This document shows, in pieces, positions 35,093 to 51,682 of a stretch of 64,000 bases of DNA (the stretch's first letter is position 1; each line of letters begins with the position of its first letter). The stretch lies in NCBI GenBank assembly GCA_037925075.1, contig JAXSNR010000002.1, positions 640,001 to 704,000 of the forward strand, read 5' to 3'. Below the pieces are notes generated by a model, which saw only the letters and a program-made list of their open reading frames with translations, was not told the origin of the DNA and did no database searches. A program made the translations under genes and the position numbers. The DNA is from Aquificaceae bacterium. GTDB taxonomy: Bacteria > Aquificota > Aquificia > Aquificales > Aquificaceae.

Positions 35093-35828
35093 GCTTTGTT
35101 TTTGCGGTGGTAGCCTCCTCAGAGAGGGGGTAGTCCCTTATTATGGCTTCGTAGTACTCCTTTGCCTTTTGACTATCTCCCCTTTGTTCATAAAGCCTTG
35201 CCAACTGAAGCAGAGCGGAGGGTGCCTTGTTGCAATCCACCATCTCCTTTTTTTGACATCTCTCAATTAAAGTGAGCCAGACCGCCTCTGCCTTATTCAT
35301 TTCCCCAAGGTCTCTATAAACCACTCCGAGCCACAGATAGGCGTTATCGGTAAGAGTTGTTTTTGGGTACTTTTTTATAAACTCTATGAGCTTATCTTTT
35401 GCCTGATTGAGTTGCTTTAGATTGTAGAGCCTTATAGCTTCATCGTATTCCTTTTGATACTCTTCGGTGGTCTGCGGTGGGCTATCTTGACGAGCCCGAG
35501 GAGGTTCCTGTGGCTTTTCTGAAGAAGGAGGCTGAGGTGCATTTTCCCTTACGGGCTCGGGTAGCCTTGTCGCTTGAGCTTGACCTTGTCTTTCAACCCT
35601 AAGCCTTTCCAAGTCAAGTCTGGTTCTTACAAGGTTCTCAGAAAGGTTATCCACCCTTGCCTCTGTTTTGAGATTTCTCTCTTCCAGTATCCTCTGTCTT
35701 TCTTCAAGCTGTGATATTCTACCTTCAAGACTAGCCACCCTCTTTTCAAACTCTTCTCTGGTTATGCTACCACAGGATGTAAACATTGCTAAAGAAAATA
35801 GGGACAAAACACTAAATGCCCACCTCAT
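35082..35828 (-). CDS. CpoB/YbgF-like lipoprotein with coiled coil and TPR repeats
   Basis: Lipobox-like FTSC, N-terminal coiled coil, Pro-rich linker, TPRs (FIKKYP, NAYLWLG, KAPSALLQLA, IRDYP). Confidence 0.75.
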   Translation of the reverse strand: MRWAFSVLSLFSLAMFTSCGSITREEFEKRVASLEGRISQLEERQRILEERNLKTEARVDNLSENLVRTRLDLERLRVERQGQAQATRLPEPVRENAPQPPSSEKPQEPPRARQDSPPQTTEEYQKEYDEAIRLYNLKQLNQAKDKLIEFIKKYPKTTLTDNAYLWLGVVYRDLGEMNKAEAVWLTLIERCQKKEMVDCNKAPSALLQLARLYEQRGDSQKAKEYYEAIIRDYPLSEEATTAKTKLGR

Positions 35829-35875
35829 AATGCCTTAAATTATAACATCAATAGCACAAGGGGGCAATCGTACCA

Positions 35876-37439
<1,564 letters not shown>

Positions 37440-37475
37440 TTATAGCACAACTTTTTAGGCTATATTATTAACTTT

Positions 37476-37913
37476 ATGAAGCTTCTTTCTGCGGTCCTAT
37501 TGCTACTCTCTTTAACCTTTTCCGCGGACTTTTGCATAAAAGGCATTCAAAACCCCTACCCAGAACCCTATGCAAGCTACACCTTTAGGAAAATCTTAGA
37601 AAAGGCTGTTTTAGAAACGGGAAACAGAATAAACTGTAAAAGTGATGCCAAGAGGCTTGAGCCACAGATAGAGCTTCTCAAGGAAACACCCATAGCCTTT
37701 ACCCCCGAACAAAGGGTAAGTGCATACAATTTAGAGGTAAAAGTGAGCTTAAACACAGATAAGGCAAAAAAGACCTTCTCTACCACCGTCTCTTACTCCC
37801 AGCCTTCCGGAAGCCTTGGAGACCTTCCAAGGAGAAGAGCCATAGAGGATGCCTTTGGTGTAATCTACATAGACATACTTGAGTTTATAAAGCAAAGCAG
37901 AGAAGAAAAATGA
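37476..37913 (+). CDS. Exported hypothetical protein, possibly LptE-like
   Basis: Signal peptide; pattern (N...EP, ETPIAF, AYNLEVKV, C-terminal helix) reminiscent of LptE. Confidence 0.5.
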   Translation: MKLLSAVLLLLSLTFSADFCIKGIQNPYPEPYASYTFRKILEKAVLETGNRINCKSDAKRLEPQIELLKETPIAFTPEQRVSAYNLEVKVSLNTDKAKKTFSTTVSYSQPSGSLGDLPRRRAIEDAFGVIYIDILEFIKQSREEK

Positions 37914-38182
37914 AGTGTCCAAGATGTGTTCATGTGGATCTGATGGAAGTAAACAAGTACGGTGTGCTGGTGGATGTTTGTCCATCCTGCGGTGGCATAT
38001 GGCTTGACAAGGGCGAGCTTTCCAAGATAATAGAAGCCATAAGGAGAGCGGAAAGCTCCATTGACGAGGAGCTAAGGGTTATAACAAAGGAATACCCAGA
38101 GGTGTACAAGAGGTACGAAGAGTACAAGTATAAAAAGAAGAAAAAGTCCATCTTTGAAGAACTCTTTGATATCTTTGACTGA
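37910..38182 (+). CDS. zf-TFIIB-type zinc-ribbon protein
   Basis: CPRC...DVCPSCGGIWLDKGEL, tail KKKKSIFEELFD. Confidence 0.85.
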   Translation: MKCPRCVHVDLMEVNKYGVLVDVCPSCGGIWLDKGELSKIIEAIRRAESSIDEELRVITKEYPEVYKRYEEYKYKKKKKSIFEELFDIFD

Positions 38183-39258
38183 TGGAAGATATAAAGTTTA
38201 TGAAAAGAGCTTTGGAGCTTGCGTCCCTTCGCAAGGGCTTGACCCATCCCAATCCTACCGTGGGTTGTGTGATAGTAAAGGATGGAGAGGTTATAGCGGA
38301 AGGCTATCATGAAAGGGCTGGAATGCCTCATGCGGAAGTGGTAGCTCTTGAAAGGGCCGGCGACAAGGCAAGGGGAGCCACCCTATACGTGACCCTTGAA
38401 CCTTGCACTCACTTTGGAAGAACTCCCCCATGCACCGACGCCATTATAAGGGCAGGGCTAAAAAGGGTTGTAATTGCAACCCTTGACCCTAACCCTCTCG
38501 TGTCGGGCAAGGGAGTGGAAAGGCTAAAAAAGGCGGGCATAGAGGTATCCGTGGGCATCCTTGAGGAGGAAGCAAAAAGGCTAAATGAAGACTTTTTCCT
38601 TTACATAACCCAAAAAAGACCCTACATAACCCTCAAGTGGGCTCAGAGCGTGGATGGGTCTTTGGCAACAAAGAGGGGAGACAGCCAATGGATAAGCTCT
38701 CAAAAGTCAAGGGACTTTGCACACAGATTGAGGGCGGAAGCGACCGCGATTCTTGTGGGCATAAACACAGTCCTAAGGGACAACCCAAAACTCACCGTGA
38801 GAGCCTTTGAATGGGAAAGACAACCCATGAGGGTGGTCCTTGACCCACAACTGAAAATCCCAGAAGATTGTAATCTCGTAAGAGACGGACAGGCACAGAC
38901 CATAATCTTTACCGCAAGCGAAGACAGAGAGAAAATAAAAAGGCTTGAAGAAAAGGGCATAAAGGTGCTTCTGGCACCCGTAAAGGACAGAAGGCTTGAC
39001 CTAAAAGAAGTTCTTCGGGAGCTATACTTTTTGGAAGTTATGCATCTTCTTGTGGAGGGCGGGGCAGTCACCTTAACATCCTTTATAAGGGAGGGTCTTT
39101 TTGACCGGTTATGGGTATTCATAGGTCCTCTTCTTATAGGTGAGGGCAAAAGGATAGGAGATTTAGGGGTAGAGCTTCTAAAGGAAGCACCAAAATTAAA
39201 GCTAAGAGAGATAAAAACCTTTGAAGGGGATGTGGCTTTAGAATATATCAGGTTATGA
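38182..39258 (+). CDS. ribD: Riboflavin biosynthesis deaminase/reductase
   Basis: [35 protein letters not shown]. Confidence 0.97.
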   Translation: MEDIKFMKRALELASLRKGLTHPNPTVGCVIVKDGEVIAEGYHERAGMPHAEVVALERAGDKARGATLYVTLEPCTHFGRTPPCTDAIIRAGLKRVVIATLDPNPLVSGKGVERLKKAGIEVSVGILEEEAKRLNEDFFLYITQKRPYITLKWAQSVDGSLATKRGDSQWISSQKSRDFAHRLRAEATAILVGINTVLRDNPKLTVRAFEWERQPMRVVLDPQLKIPEDCNLVRDGQAQTIIFTASEDREKIKRLEEKGIKVLLAPVKDRRLDLKEVLRELYFLEVMHLLVEGGAVTLTSFIREGLFDRLWVFIGPLLIGEGKRIGDLGVELLKEAPKLKLREIKTFEGDVALEYIRL

Positions 39259-40151
39259 GAATACTTTTCTTTGGCACGCCTGAGTTTGCTCTACCTTCTT
39301 TGAGAAGACTTTACCAAGAGTTTGAAGTTGTGGGGGTTGTAAGCCAGCCAGCCAGACCAGCGGGCAGAGGGCAAAAGCTTACACCACCACCCGTTAAACT
39401 TTTGGCTCAGGAGCTTGGGCTTGAGGTTTTTCAGCCGGAAAAGAAAAGCCAAATCCTTCCCATAGTGGAAAGGCTAAACCCAGAGTGTGTAGTGGTGGTA
39501 GCTTACGGAAAGATACTTCCGCCGGAGGTAATCAGATTTCCCACCTATGGCTGTATAAACCTTCATGCAAGCTTACTACCCGCTTACAGAGGCTCCGCAC
39601 CCATACAGAGGGCTATCATGGCTGGAGAAAAAACAACGGGGAACACGGTAATACTTATGGATGAGGGCATGGACACGGGAGGAATCCTAGCCCAAGAGGA
39701 AGAAGTTATCCATCAAGAGGACAATCTCAAAAGCCTTTCTGAAAGGCTTTCTCAAAAAGGTGCTGATTTGTTAGTAAGGACTTTAAAGGATTGGTTTGCG
39801 GGTAGAATAAAGCCTGTACCACAAGACCACAAAAGAGCCACCTACGCACCGCCGGTGCAAAAGGAAGAGTTCCGAATATGCTGGAAAGCGGACGCGCAAA
39901 GTGTAAAAGACAGAATAAGGGGGCTATATCCCGATTGCTACACCCTTACAGAAAAGGGAGAAAGGATAAAGATTCTCAAGGTAAGGGTTGTGAAGGGTCA
40001 AGGAAGCCCGGGGGAGGTTATTGACAGAAAAAGTTTAACCGTTGCCTGCGGAGAGGGTGCGGTAGAAGTCTTGGAGCTAATATCTCCAAAGGGAAAAGCT
40101 ATGAGCGGAGAAGAGTTTATGAGGGGGTACAAGGTGGAGAGGTTTTTGTGA
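39255..40151 (+). CDS. fmt: Methionyl-tRNA formyltransferase
   Basis: [39 protein letters not shown]. Confidence 0.97.
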   Translation: MRILFFGTPEFALPSLRRLYQEFEVVGVVSQPARPAGRGQKLTPPPVKLLAQELGLEVFQPEKKSQILPIVERLNPECVVVVAYGKILPPEVIRFPTYGCINLHASLLPAYRGSAPIQRAIMAGEKTTGNTVILMDEGMDTGGILAQEEEVIHQEDNLKSLSERLSQKGADLLVRTLKDWFAGRIKPVPQDHKRATYAPPVQKEEFRICWKADAQSVKDRIRGLYPDCYTLTEKGERIKILKVRVVKGQGSPGEVIDRKSLTVACGEGAVEVLELISPKGKAMSGEEFMRGYKVERFL

Positions 40152-40154
40152 TTT

Positions 40155-42970
<2,816 letters not shown>

Positions 42971-42974
<4 letters not shown>

Positions 42975-43354
42975 TTTTCTCTTTCCTCCACCTTGATAAA
43001 TATAGTCTTAACGTCCCTGAGGTAAAAGCCCGCTTCACCTACCTGAGAGTTTCCTTTACAATAGGTGTTTGCGGGTATAAGGTAGTCCTTTGATGGACCA
43101 TCTTTGAAGTAAAAGCGAACCCTAAGATGCTGTCCCTCTTGACCGAGGACTTCCAAAGACTTAAGGGATGAAAGCCTTACCGCATACTCCACCTTTCCTT
43201 CCGCAACTCTGAGGTGTTCCCTACCGTTGCACAAAAGGCCCTTAAGGCTATGCTTTAGGCCATCCCTGTCTTCGAGCTCAACATGTAACTTAGTGTCCTT
43301 GACTGGCTCCGCCATAGAGATCAAGAAGGGCAAAAGAAAAAGCCACCTTCTCAT
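42971..43354 (-). CDS. Exported hypothetical protein
   Basis: Short signal-like N-terminus, two Cys; overlaps the S41 protease gene by 4 nt. Confidence 0.6.
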
Positions 43355-43358
43355 AATC

Positions 43359-44942
43359 TTAAATTATACCCTCCTCCTCGTCCTTGTGGAGCTTGTAAAT
43401 CAGGCTGTCCGTGAGGGCTATCCATGAAGCTTCTATTATATTCTGAGACACACCCACAGTGCCCCAATTCCTTCTTCCGTCGGTGGACTCTATGAGGACC
43501 CTAACCTTTGCACCGGTGCCCTCCGACTCGTTTACTATTCTTACCTTGTAGTCTATAAGCTGGACCTCCTTAAGGTTGGGATAGAACTCTTCTAAGGCTT
43601 TTCTAAGGGCTCTATCGAGGGCGCTTACTGGTCCATTACCCAAGGCTGCGGTATGCTGTTTTATGTCTTCTATAAAGAGCCTGACAGTGGCTTCGGAGAC
43701 TGGCAGGTTATCGGTGCTCCTTTTGGCTATAAGGACTCTGTAGGCATCAAGGTTAAAGTACTCTCTCACAAGACCGAAGTGCCTTTTGCACAGAAGTTCA
43801 AAGGAGGCTTCCGCCGCCTCAAAGTGGTACCCTTCCTTCTCAAGCTCTTTTATTCTTTCCACCAACTTTAAAAGCTCAGGGGACCTCTCGTCTACTTCAA
43901 TACCCATTTCCCTTAGTTTGTAGAGAATATTACTTCTACCGGAGAGGTCTGACACTGTAATCTTTCTTTTATTGCCCACAAGGGCAGGGTCTATGTGTTC
44001 GTAGGTACTGGCATGCTTTATAACCGCAGAGGCATGCACTCCAGCTTTGTGGGCAAAGGCACTTTCACCCACATAGGGCATATTCTTCGGAAGGGGCATG
44101 TTGGATATTTCTGAAATAAAGTGGCTTAGCTCCGTTAATCTTTTCAAGCTTTCCTCTCGCACAGCCCTAAAACCCATCTTTAGCTGAAGGTTTGGGATTA
44201 TGGAGCAAAGGTTTGCATTGCCAGTTCTTTCACCTATGCCGTTTATGGTGCCATGAACCTGTCTTGCACCCGCAAGGACTGCCATTAAAGAGTTGGCAAC
44301 TCCAGTCTCAGAGTCGTTATGCGCATGTATGCCCACTTTTGCGTCGGGAAAGCTTTCTTTTACCTTCTTGGTTATTTCATAAACCTCGTGAGGGAGACAA
44401 CCTCCGTTTGTGTCGCAAAGTACCACCCAGTCCGCACCGCCCTCAAGGGCAGACCTCAAAACCTCAAGGGCATACTCTGGGTTGTTTTTGTAGCCATCAA
44501 AGAAGTGCTCTGCATCAAAGATTACTTCTTCCACGTGCTTTTTAAGAAAACTAACAGATTCATAAACCATGGAAAGGTTTTCCTCAAGGCTCGTTTTGAG
44601 AGCTTCTATCACATGAAAGTCCCAGCTTTTCCCAAATATGGTTATTACTCTTGCACCTGATTTTATGAGGTTTTCCAATTGTGGGTCTTCCTCCGCCCTT
44701 TTCCCGGGTCTTCTTGTGGATCCAAAGGCTACAAGCTTTGCATGCTGAGGTTTGTATTTCCTAAGCCTTTCAAAGAGCATGGTGTCCTTCGGGTTTGCAC
44801 CCGGCCAGCCACACTCTATGTAGTCTATGCCAAACTCATCAAGCTTTTGGAATATACGTAGTTTATCTTCAAGGGAAAAGTTCACACCTTCCGCCTGTGA
44901 GCCATCCCTTAAGGTGGTATCGTAAATGAAAACCTTTTCCAT
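43359..44942 (-). CDS. cimA: Citramalate synthase
   Basis: DTTLRDGSQ, GWPGANPKD, FGKSWDFHV, FDAEHFFDG, HAHND, GIGERTGN, WGTVGVS. Confidence 0.9.
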   Translation of the reverse strand: MEKVFIYDTTLRDGSQAEGVNFSLEDKLRIFQKLDEFGIDYIECGWPGANPKDTMLFERLRKYKPQHAKLVAFGSTRRPGKRAEEDPQLENLIKSGARVITIFGKSWDFHVIEALKTSLEENLSMVYESVSFLKKHVEEVIFDAEHFFDGYKNNPEYALEVLRSALEGGADWVVLCDTNGGCLPHEVYEITKKVKESFPDAKVGIHAHNDSETGVANSLMAVLAGARQVHGTINGIGERTGNANLCSIIPNLQLKMGFRAVREESLKRLTELSHFISEISNMPLPKNMPYVGESAFAHKAGVHASAVIKHASTYEHIDPALVGNKRKITVSDLSGRSNILYKLREMGIEVDERSPELLKLVERIKELEKEGYHFEAAEASFELLCKRHFGLVREYFNLDAYRVLIAKRSTDNLPVSEATVRLFIEDIKQHTAALGNGPVSALDRALRKALEEFYPNLKEVQLIDYKVRIVNESEGTGAKVRVLIESTDGRRNWGTVGVSQNIIEASWIALTDSLIYKLHKDEEEGII

Positions 44943-44955
44943 AGTATAAAATATA

Positions 44956-46491
44956 TCACTTCCTATATCTGAGCTTTCTGAATTGTTCTTTACTTATCCT
45001 TCTGAGGTCTTCAAAGTTCCCAGTAAAGCTTTCCTCTGTGAATGTGAGCACCCTAAGACTATCTTGAAAAGCCCTCTGAAGGTCGTAGACTCTGAAGTTC
45101 TTTATGTAGTCTGGTAGGAGGTGGTATTCTCCTCTTTGGAGGGCTTCCACCAGTTCCATAGCCTGAGGAGAAAGCCTCAAATTTTCAAGGTTTACCCCCT
45201 CAAAGCCCAATCTGTAAAGGCCCGCTAAGAGAACCGCCTCATGGTAGCTTAGGTCCATCTTTTCCCTCTCAGTCTTTCTTTCTACCTTGGGAACTCTATC
45301 CTGAAGGCTTGTAATGGGTAGCCCGGTTATCTTTGAAATTTCCCTGAGAAGTTCAAACCTTCTAACACCGTCTTGTATAAAAGCACAAAAGTAAAGAAGG
45401 TCCTCAAAGGCTTCTCGTTTTCCTTCCCTTATTTCCCTAAGTAGTAGCTCATCCACGGGCACAGAAGCATTGAGCATTTCCTTTAAAACCCTTGGTTCCT
45501 TTTTCACAAAGGAGTCTGGGTCTTCACCCTCTGGAAGGTATACGACCCTCACCTCCATCCTAGCCTTTAGAAGGTTTGGTACCGAAGACCTTACCGCTCT
45601 CCTTCCCGCACTGTCTCCGTCGTAAAGAAGTATTACAGTTTTAGCCATCTTGGACAGTGTATAGGCATGGTCCTCTGTTAAAGCTGTGCCAAGGGGTGCA
45701 ACGCAGTTCCTTATGCCCTCCTGCCACAGGCTCATGAGGTCAAAGTATCCCTCCACTATAATCACCTGTTGGAGTTCCTTTATGTATTCCTTTGCTTCAT
45801 AAAGCCCGAAGAGGCTCAACCTTTTTCTGAAAACTTCAGACTCCGGAGAGTTTAGATACTTGGGATGGCTTCCGTCAAGGCTTCTACCACCAAAGGCTAT
45901 TACATAACCCCTTATATCTCTCACGGGTATAATCAGCCTGTTTTTAAAAAGGTCCCTGTACACATCCCCCTCAAGCTTTATAAGGTTTGAACTTTTTTCA
46001 TAGACCTCAAGAAGACCTTCCTCTTTCAGTAGCTTTACCAGTCTTTCTGTGTCTCCACCAAAGCCAAGCTGGAACTTGCTTATGGTCTTTGAACTAATAC
46101 CCCTACTTTGTAGGTATTGTATAGCCACATTACTTTTCTTTAGCTCCTCATGGTAAAACTCCGCAACCCTTTGAAGGGCAAGCAAAAGCTGGCTGTTCTT
46201 TCTTTCCCTTTTTAGGCTTACCTTAAAACCGTACCTCTTTGCCAGCTTTTCAAAAGCTTCCCAGTAGTCTATATTTTCATACAGGCTTACAAACTTGACC
46301 GCATCACCCCCCACACCACAACCAAAGCACTTAAAAATGCCCTTTGAAGGAGATACATAAAAGGAGGGTGTGTCATCAGGATGGAAGGGACATCTTGCGG
46401 TGTAGCTATTGCCCATCTTTTTTAGCTCTATATAAGAGGAAATCACATCCACTATGTCAATCTTTCTAAGAATTTCCCTGTAGGAGGGCAT
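44956..46491 (-). CDS. dnaG: DNA primase
   Basis: CPFH...CFGC zinc finger, FGGR, KYLNSPE, VEGYFD, YDGDSAG, DPD. Confidence 0.96.
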   Translation of the reverse strand: MPSYREILRKIDIVDVISSYIELKKMGNSYTARCPFHPDDTPSFYVSPSKGIFKCFGCGVGGDAVKFVSLYENIDYWEAFEKLAKRYGFKVSLKRERKNSQLLLALQRVAEFYHEELKKSNVAIQYLQSRGISSKTISKFQLGFGGDTERLVKLLKEEGLLEVYEKSSNLIKLEGDVYRDLFKNRLIIPVRDIRGYVIAFGGRSLDGSHPKYLNSPESEVFRKRLSLFGLYEAKEYIKELQQVIIVEGYFDLMSLWQEGIRNCVAPLGTALTEDHAYTLSKMAKTVILLYDGDSAGRRAVRSSVPNLLKARMEVRVVYLPEGEDPDSFVKKEPRVLKEMLNASVPVDELLLREIREGKREAFEDLLYFCAFIQDGVRRFELLREISKITGLPITSLQDRVPKVERKTEREKMDLSYHEAVLLAGLYRLGFEGVNLENLRLSPQAMELVEALQRGEYHLLPDYIKNFRVYDLQRAFQDSLRVLTFTEESFTGNFEDLRRISKEQFRKLRYRK

Positions 46492-47236
46492 AGGAGTAAA
46501 TTATATTTCTCAATGCCTTTAAGGGTTATACTTACCAGAAGTGAGGAAGACATAGAAGGAGACAGGCCACTTTTTGAAAAGGCTGGCTTTCGGGTTATAG
46601 CCTTGCCACTTATTGAAGAAGAGTTTTTAGATTTTGAGGTGCCACAAGAAGATTTTGACTTTGTAGTTTTCCAAAGTCCAAGAGCGGTAAGAGCCTTTTT
46701 TTCTAAGTACCAATTAAAGGGTGGTGAAAGGATTGTGGTGGTAGGTGAAAAGACAAAGAGGGAAGTGGAAAGGTATGGCTATAGTGTATGGGCTATGCCT
46801 GAGAACTACTACGGGGAGAGCCTTTTAGGGCTTTTCCAGAAGATCAGAGGAAGGGTACTTTTACCGAGGTCTGCCATAGGTAGGGATGAGGTGCTGGAAG
46901 GTTTGAGGGCTTTTGGGCTTGAGGTTTATCCGCTTGATGTTTATACCATAAAGCCAAAGCTTTACAACAAAGAAGAATTGACTGAAAAGCTTTCTAAAGG
47001 GGATGTAATAGTTTTTGCCAGTCCATCCGCCGTAAAGGGGCTTCTTGCAAACTTGCAAAAGGAAGAAGCAATAAACCTTTTAGAGCATATGAGGGTTGTA
47101 TGCATTGGCAAAACTACAAAGGATTTTCTTGAAAGGGAATTGGGGCTGAAGGCTCTGGTGCCAGAAAAACCGCTCATGGAGAAGGTGGTGGAACTTTTAA
47201 AAAGTTTGGCATTAAATTTGCATAATAAGACAAGGG

Positions 47237-49034
<1,798 letters not shown>

Positions 49035-49085
49035 GCTACAAGATTATAATCTGAGTAAGTTGCCCCCCTCCCCCAATTTTAGCTT

Positions 49086-51641
49086 TTACTTTTCTGGCTC
49101 GCACACGTACTCCATCTCTACCTCCTTGGTGGGCAAAACCTTTTTAACAACTTTTTTAACAGGCTTTTTGGTTGTTTTTGTGCCAGAAGCGGTTGGTTCC
49201 TTTTTCACTAACTCCTTCTTAGAAGCTACAGGCTTTTTAGCCGTAGATTTTGCCTTAGGCTTTTCAGCCGTAGCTTTTGCCATAGCAGGGGTTGGAGGTG
49301 CGGTTTTTGGTCTCCAGTAGCACCTTTGCTTAGTTTCAGGTATTATCTGCACCTTACCACCCTTTTCTATAACTTGTGCACCACCCCCACTACCAATAAC
49401 ACCACCTTCGGGTGCTGGCACTGGTGAGGTAGAAACACCACCTTCGGGTATAGGCACTGGCGTGAGGGAAATAATGGGCGATATGGGAGTTCCACCACCT
49501 TGTGATGTTCCACCACCTTGTGATGTTCCACTGCCAGGGGATGTTCCACTACCAGGTGATGCTCCACCGCCTTCACCGACTACGGGACAGGACTGAGGCT
49601 TTGGAACTTCCACTTCCACCTTTGGACTTCCCTCAACCCCAGGTACACTAACAGTGTTTTTGACCACATCTTGAAGGCAGTCATGCTTACTCTTAAAGCA
49701 GAATTCAAGAGGTGAAGCATGGTAATGGGCTCTTATCTCAAAGTTGGAAAGATTGCTACCACTTGCCAGTGCATAATCCACCTCCACATTTAGAGGCTGT
49801 CCATTTGTCTGCGACGCTATACTTGCAAGGTTGGCGGTTAGACTGCTGTTGGCTATGCAGTCGTAAGTAAATATGACATTGTTTGCACTATCCTTTACCT
49901 TTATTTCAAGCTTGTTAAAATCAGACAGGGATGCATTGGCTATTTCCACCTTTGTCCATATAAAGGGCTTTGGACCAGAGCAGTACCGCCAAGGTTGGAA
50001 TGTGGTTTGATGTTTCCCTTCCCTTGCACCACACTTTTGAGCTATCCCTTCTTTGTCAGGTAGTTTATTTGGGTCAAAATACCACGTCTCTGTTGCGTTA
50101 TGCCCCACAACCCATATGCAACCCGTATCGTCAACATTAACGGAATAGTTCTCCGGATCGGACTGCCAGCTTTTATATTCCCAAGTGGGAGCACAGGGTC
50201 CGGCTGTTGCCCAGTCTCAGCACAAAACCCTTTCAGTTCCTGATGGTTGAATATCCGCAAAGTAGGTTCTCGTACCCAAAGTAATTTCGTATCCAATACC
50301 ATAGGTAAAGTTTATGGAACTAAATATCATGGGCGGTGTGGATGGGGCTCCTGTAGTTAAATCAAAACATAATTGAGTACTTGTTTTCCTCATACATATA
50401 TGTTTTGGATTCATAGCCATGTCGTAGTATATGAAAGGTGGCCCGGCAAACAGAGGAAGACTGCTTGTGCCTACTGTGGAAACTGTCCACCCTGTACATG
50501 CTGTTTTTGTTGTTGTGTCAAAGCAAAAGGCTCTTACATTTTTGTTGTTGTTCCACGGATTATCATCAGTTATAAAGTATATTTTAGTGCCTGCTACTCT
50601 TGCCCAGATGGATGGTCCTGTGACACCCACTGAAGTGAAAGAACCTGCGGGGAAAGTATATCCAGTAAAATAATTGACAAGAGGAGCGCAGGGGTTTGCT
50701 GGATTTGTTGCGCTTAGACAGTACAGATTCCCGTCTCCACCAACCATGTATAGCTCATTTCCCACTTTTATGGGACCCATTACATACATGTTGAAGCTGG
50801 AACCCGGTTGTGTGCCTAACTTATAAAAACCACACTCTGAGTCGGTTTCCAGAGCATAACAGCCAAGCCCAAATTCAAGATCAGAGGCTGTCACAGAGTA
50901 ATAAAGCTTTCCACCGTTGATGTAATAATAATAACCCTCAAAATTACCAGAGCCAGAAAACTTACCGCTATTATCTCCTTTTGGAAGAGCCTTTGGAAAT
51001 CCGGGGCAAGGATTACCCGTAGTCGTATCAACACATTTAAAAATTTGGCTACCCGGATTATCATGGTGGTTTATTATGTAAATTCTCAACTTGCTTCCTG
51101 AGGATATGTGTCTGTATGGAATGGCCCTAAATCCATCTCCTGCACCACCTCCAAAGTTTAAGCTACTCGGCATAGATGTGCTAACAGTTGCACTCATGTA
51201 TCCATTTATTGGCGGTGCGTTTCCTGTCCATGTGGCGATAGTATGTGTAGGATTTAAAGTACCAGTCCAGCCTGAGGGTTGTTGCAGGGAACCTGGAATT
51301 ATGGTGTTTATAGGGCCTTCGGATATGGTTACGCCATTCTGGGTTGTATTCGTGTTGTTGGCATAGTAGATTACCCAATCTATGGTATAGCTGTTTCCAC
51401 TCTGGGATATATTAACGGGTTTTTTATCAAGAGTTTTATATGGAGGAAACTCTTCCTTCCCTTCTTTTAGCTTCTGGATTATAGCTGGTATTAGCAGGAA
51501 AGGTATTATGATGGCTGGTCCAATCTTGACACCTCCTTTACCTTCTGATGGAGGTGGGGATGGTTCTTGGTATTGGGCAAAAACCGGTGCTGTTAACAGA
51601 AGAAACAGACAAAGTATGGTGATGCAGGCTCTGTAAAACAT
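49086..51641 (-). pseudogene. Large secreted Cys-repeat surface protein (851 codons) interrupted by one in-frame TGA at 50217-50219
   Basis: ORFs 50217-51641 and 49086-50108 share a frame; the gap reads RVLC*DWATAGPCAPTWEYKSWQSDPENYSVNVDDTGCIWVVGHNATE with no other stop; signal peptide and GGAGGAGG RBS. Confidence 0.75.
49489..49578. repeat. 18-bp tandem repeat (4 copies plus a degenerate fifth) encoding a G/S/T/P linker
   Basis: gttccaccaccttgtgat x2, gttccactgccaggggat, gttccactaccaggtgat, gctccaccgccttcaccg. Confidence 0.85.
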
Positions 51642-51682
51642 TTTTACTCACCTCCTCCAATAAGTATGTGGTTCTTTTAGTT

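Noticed and set aside
49489..49578. Short direct repeats considered as a CRISPR array
   Set aside because: Contiguous 18-bp units without spacers, in frame within a CDS, and no cas genes nearby.
50042..50302. 86-aa alternative-frame ORF bridging the two halves of the secreted protein, suggesting a double frameshift
   Set aside because: The main frame continues through the gap with only one TGA and keeps the Cys repeat, so no frameshift is needed.
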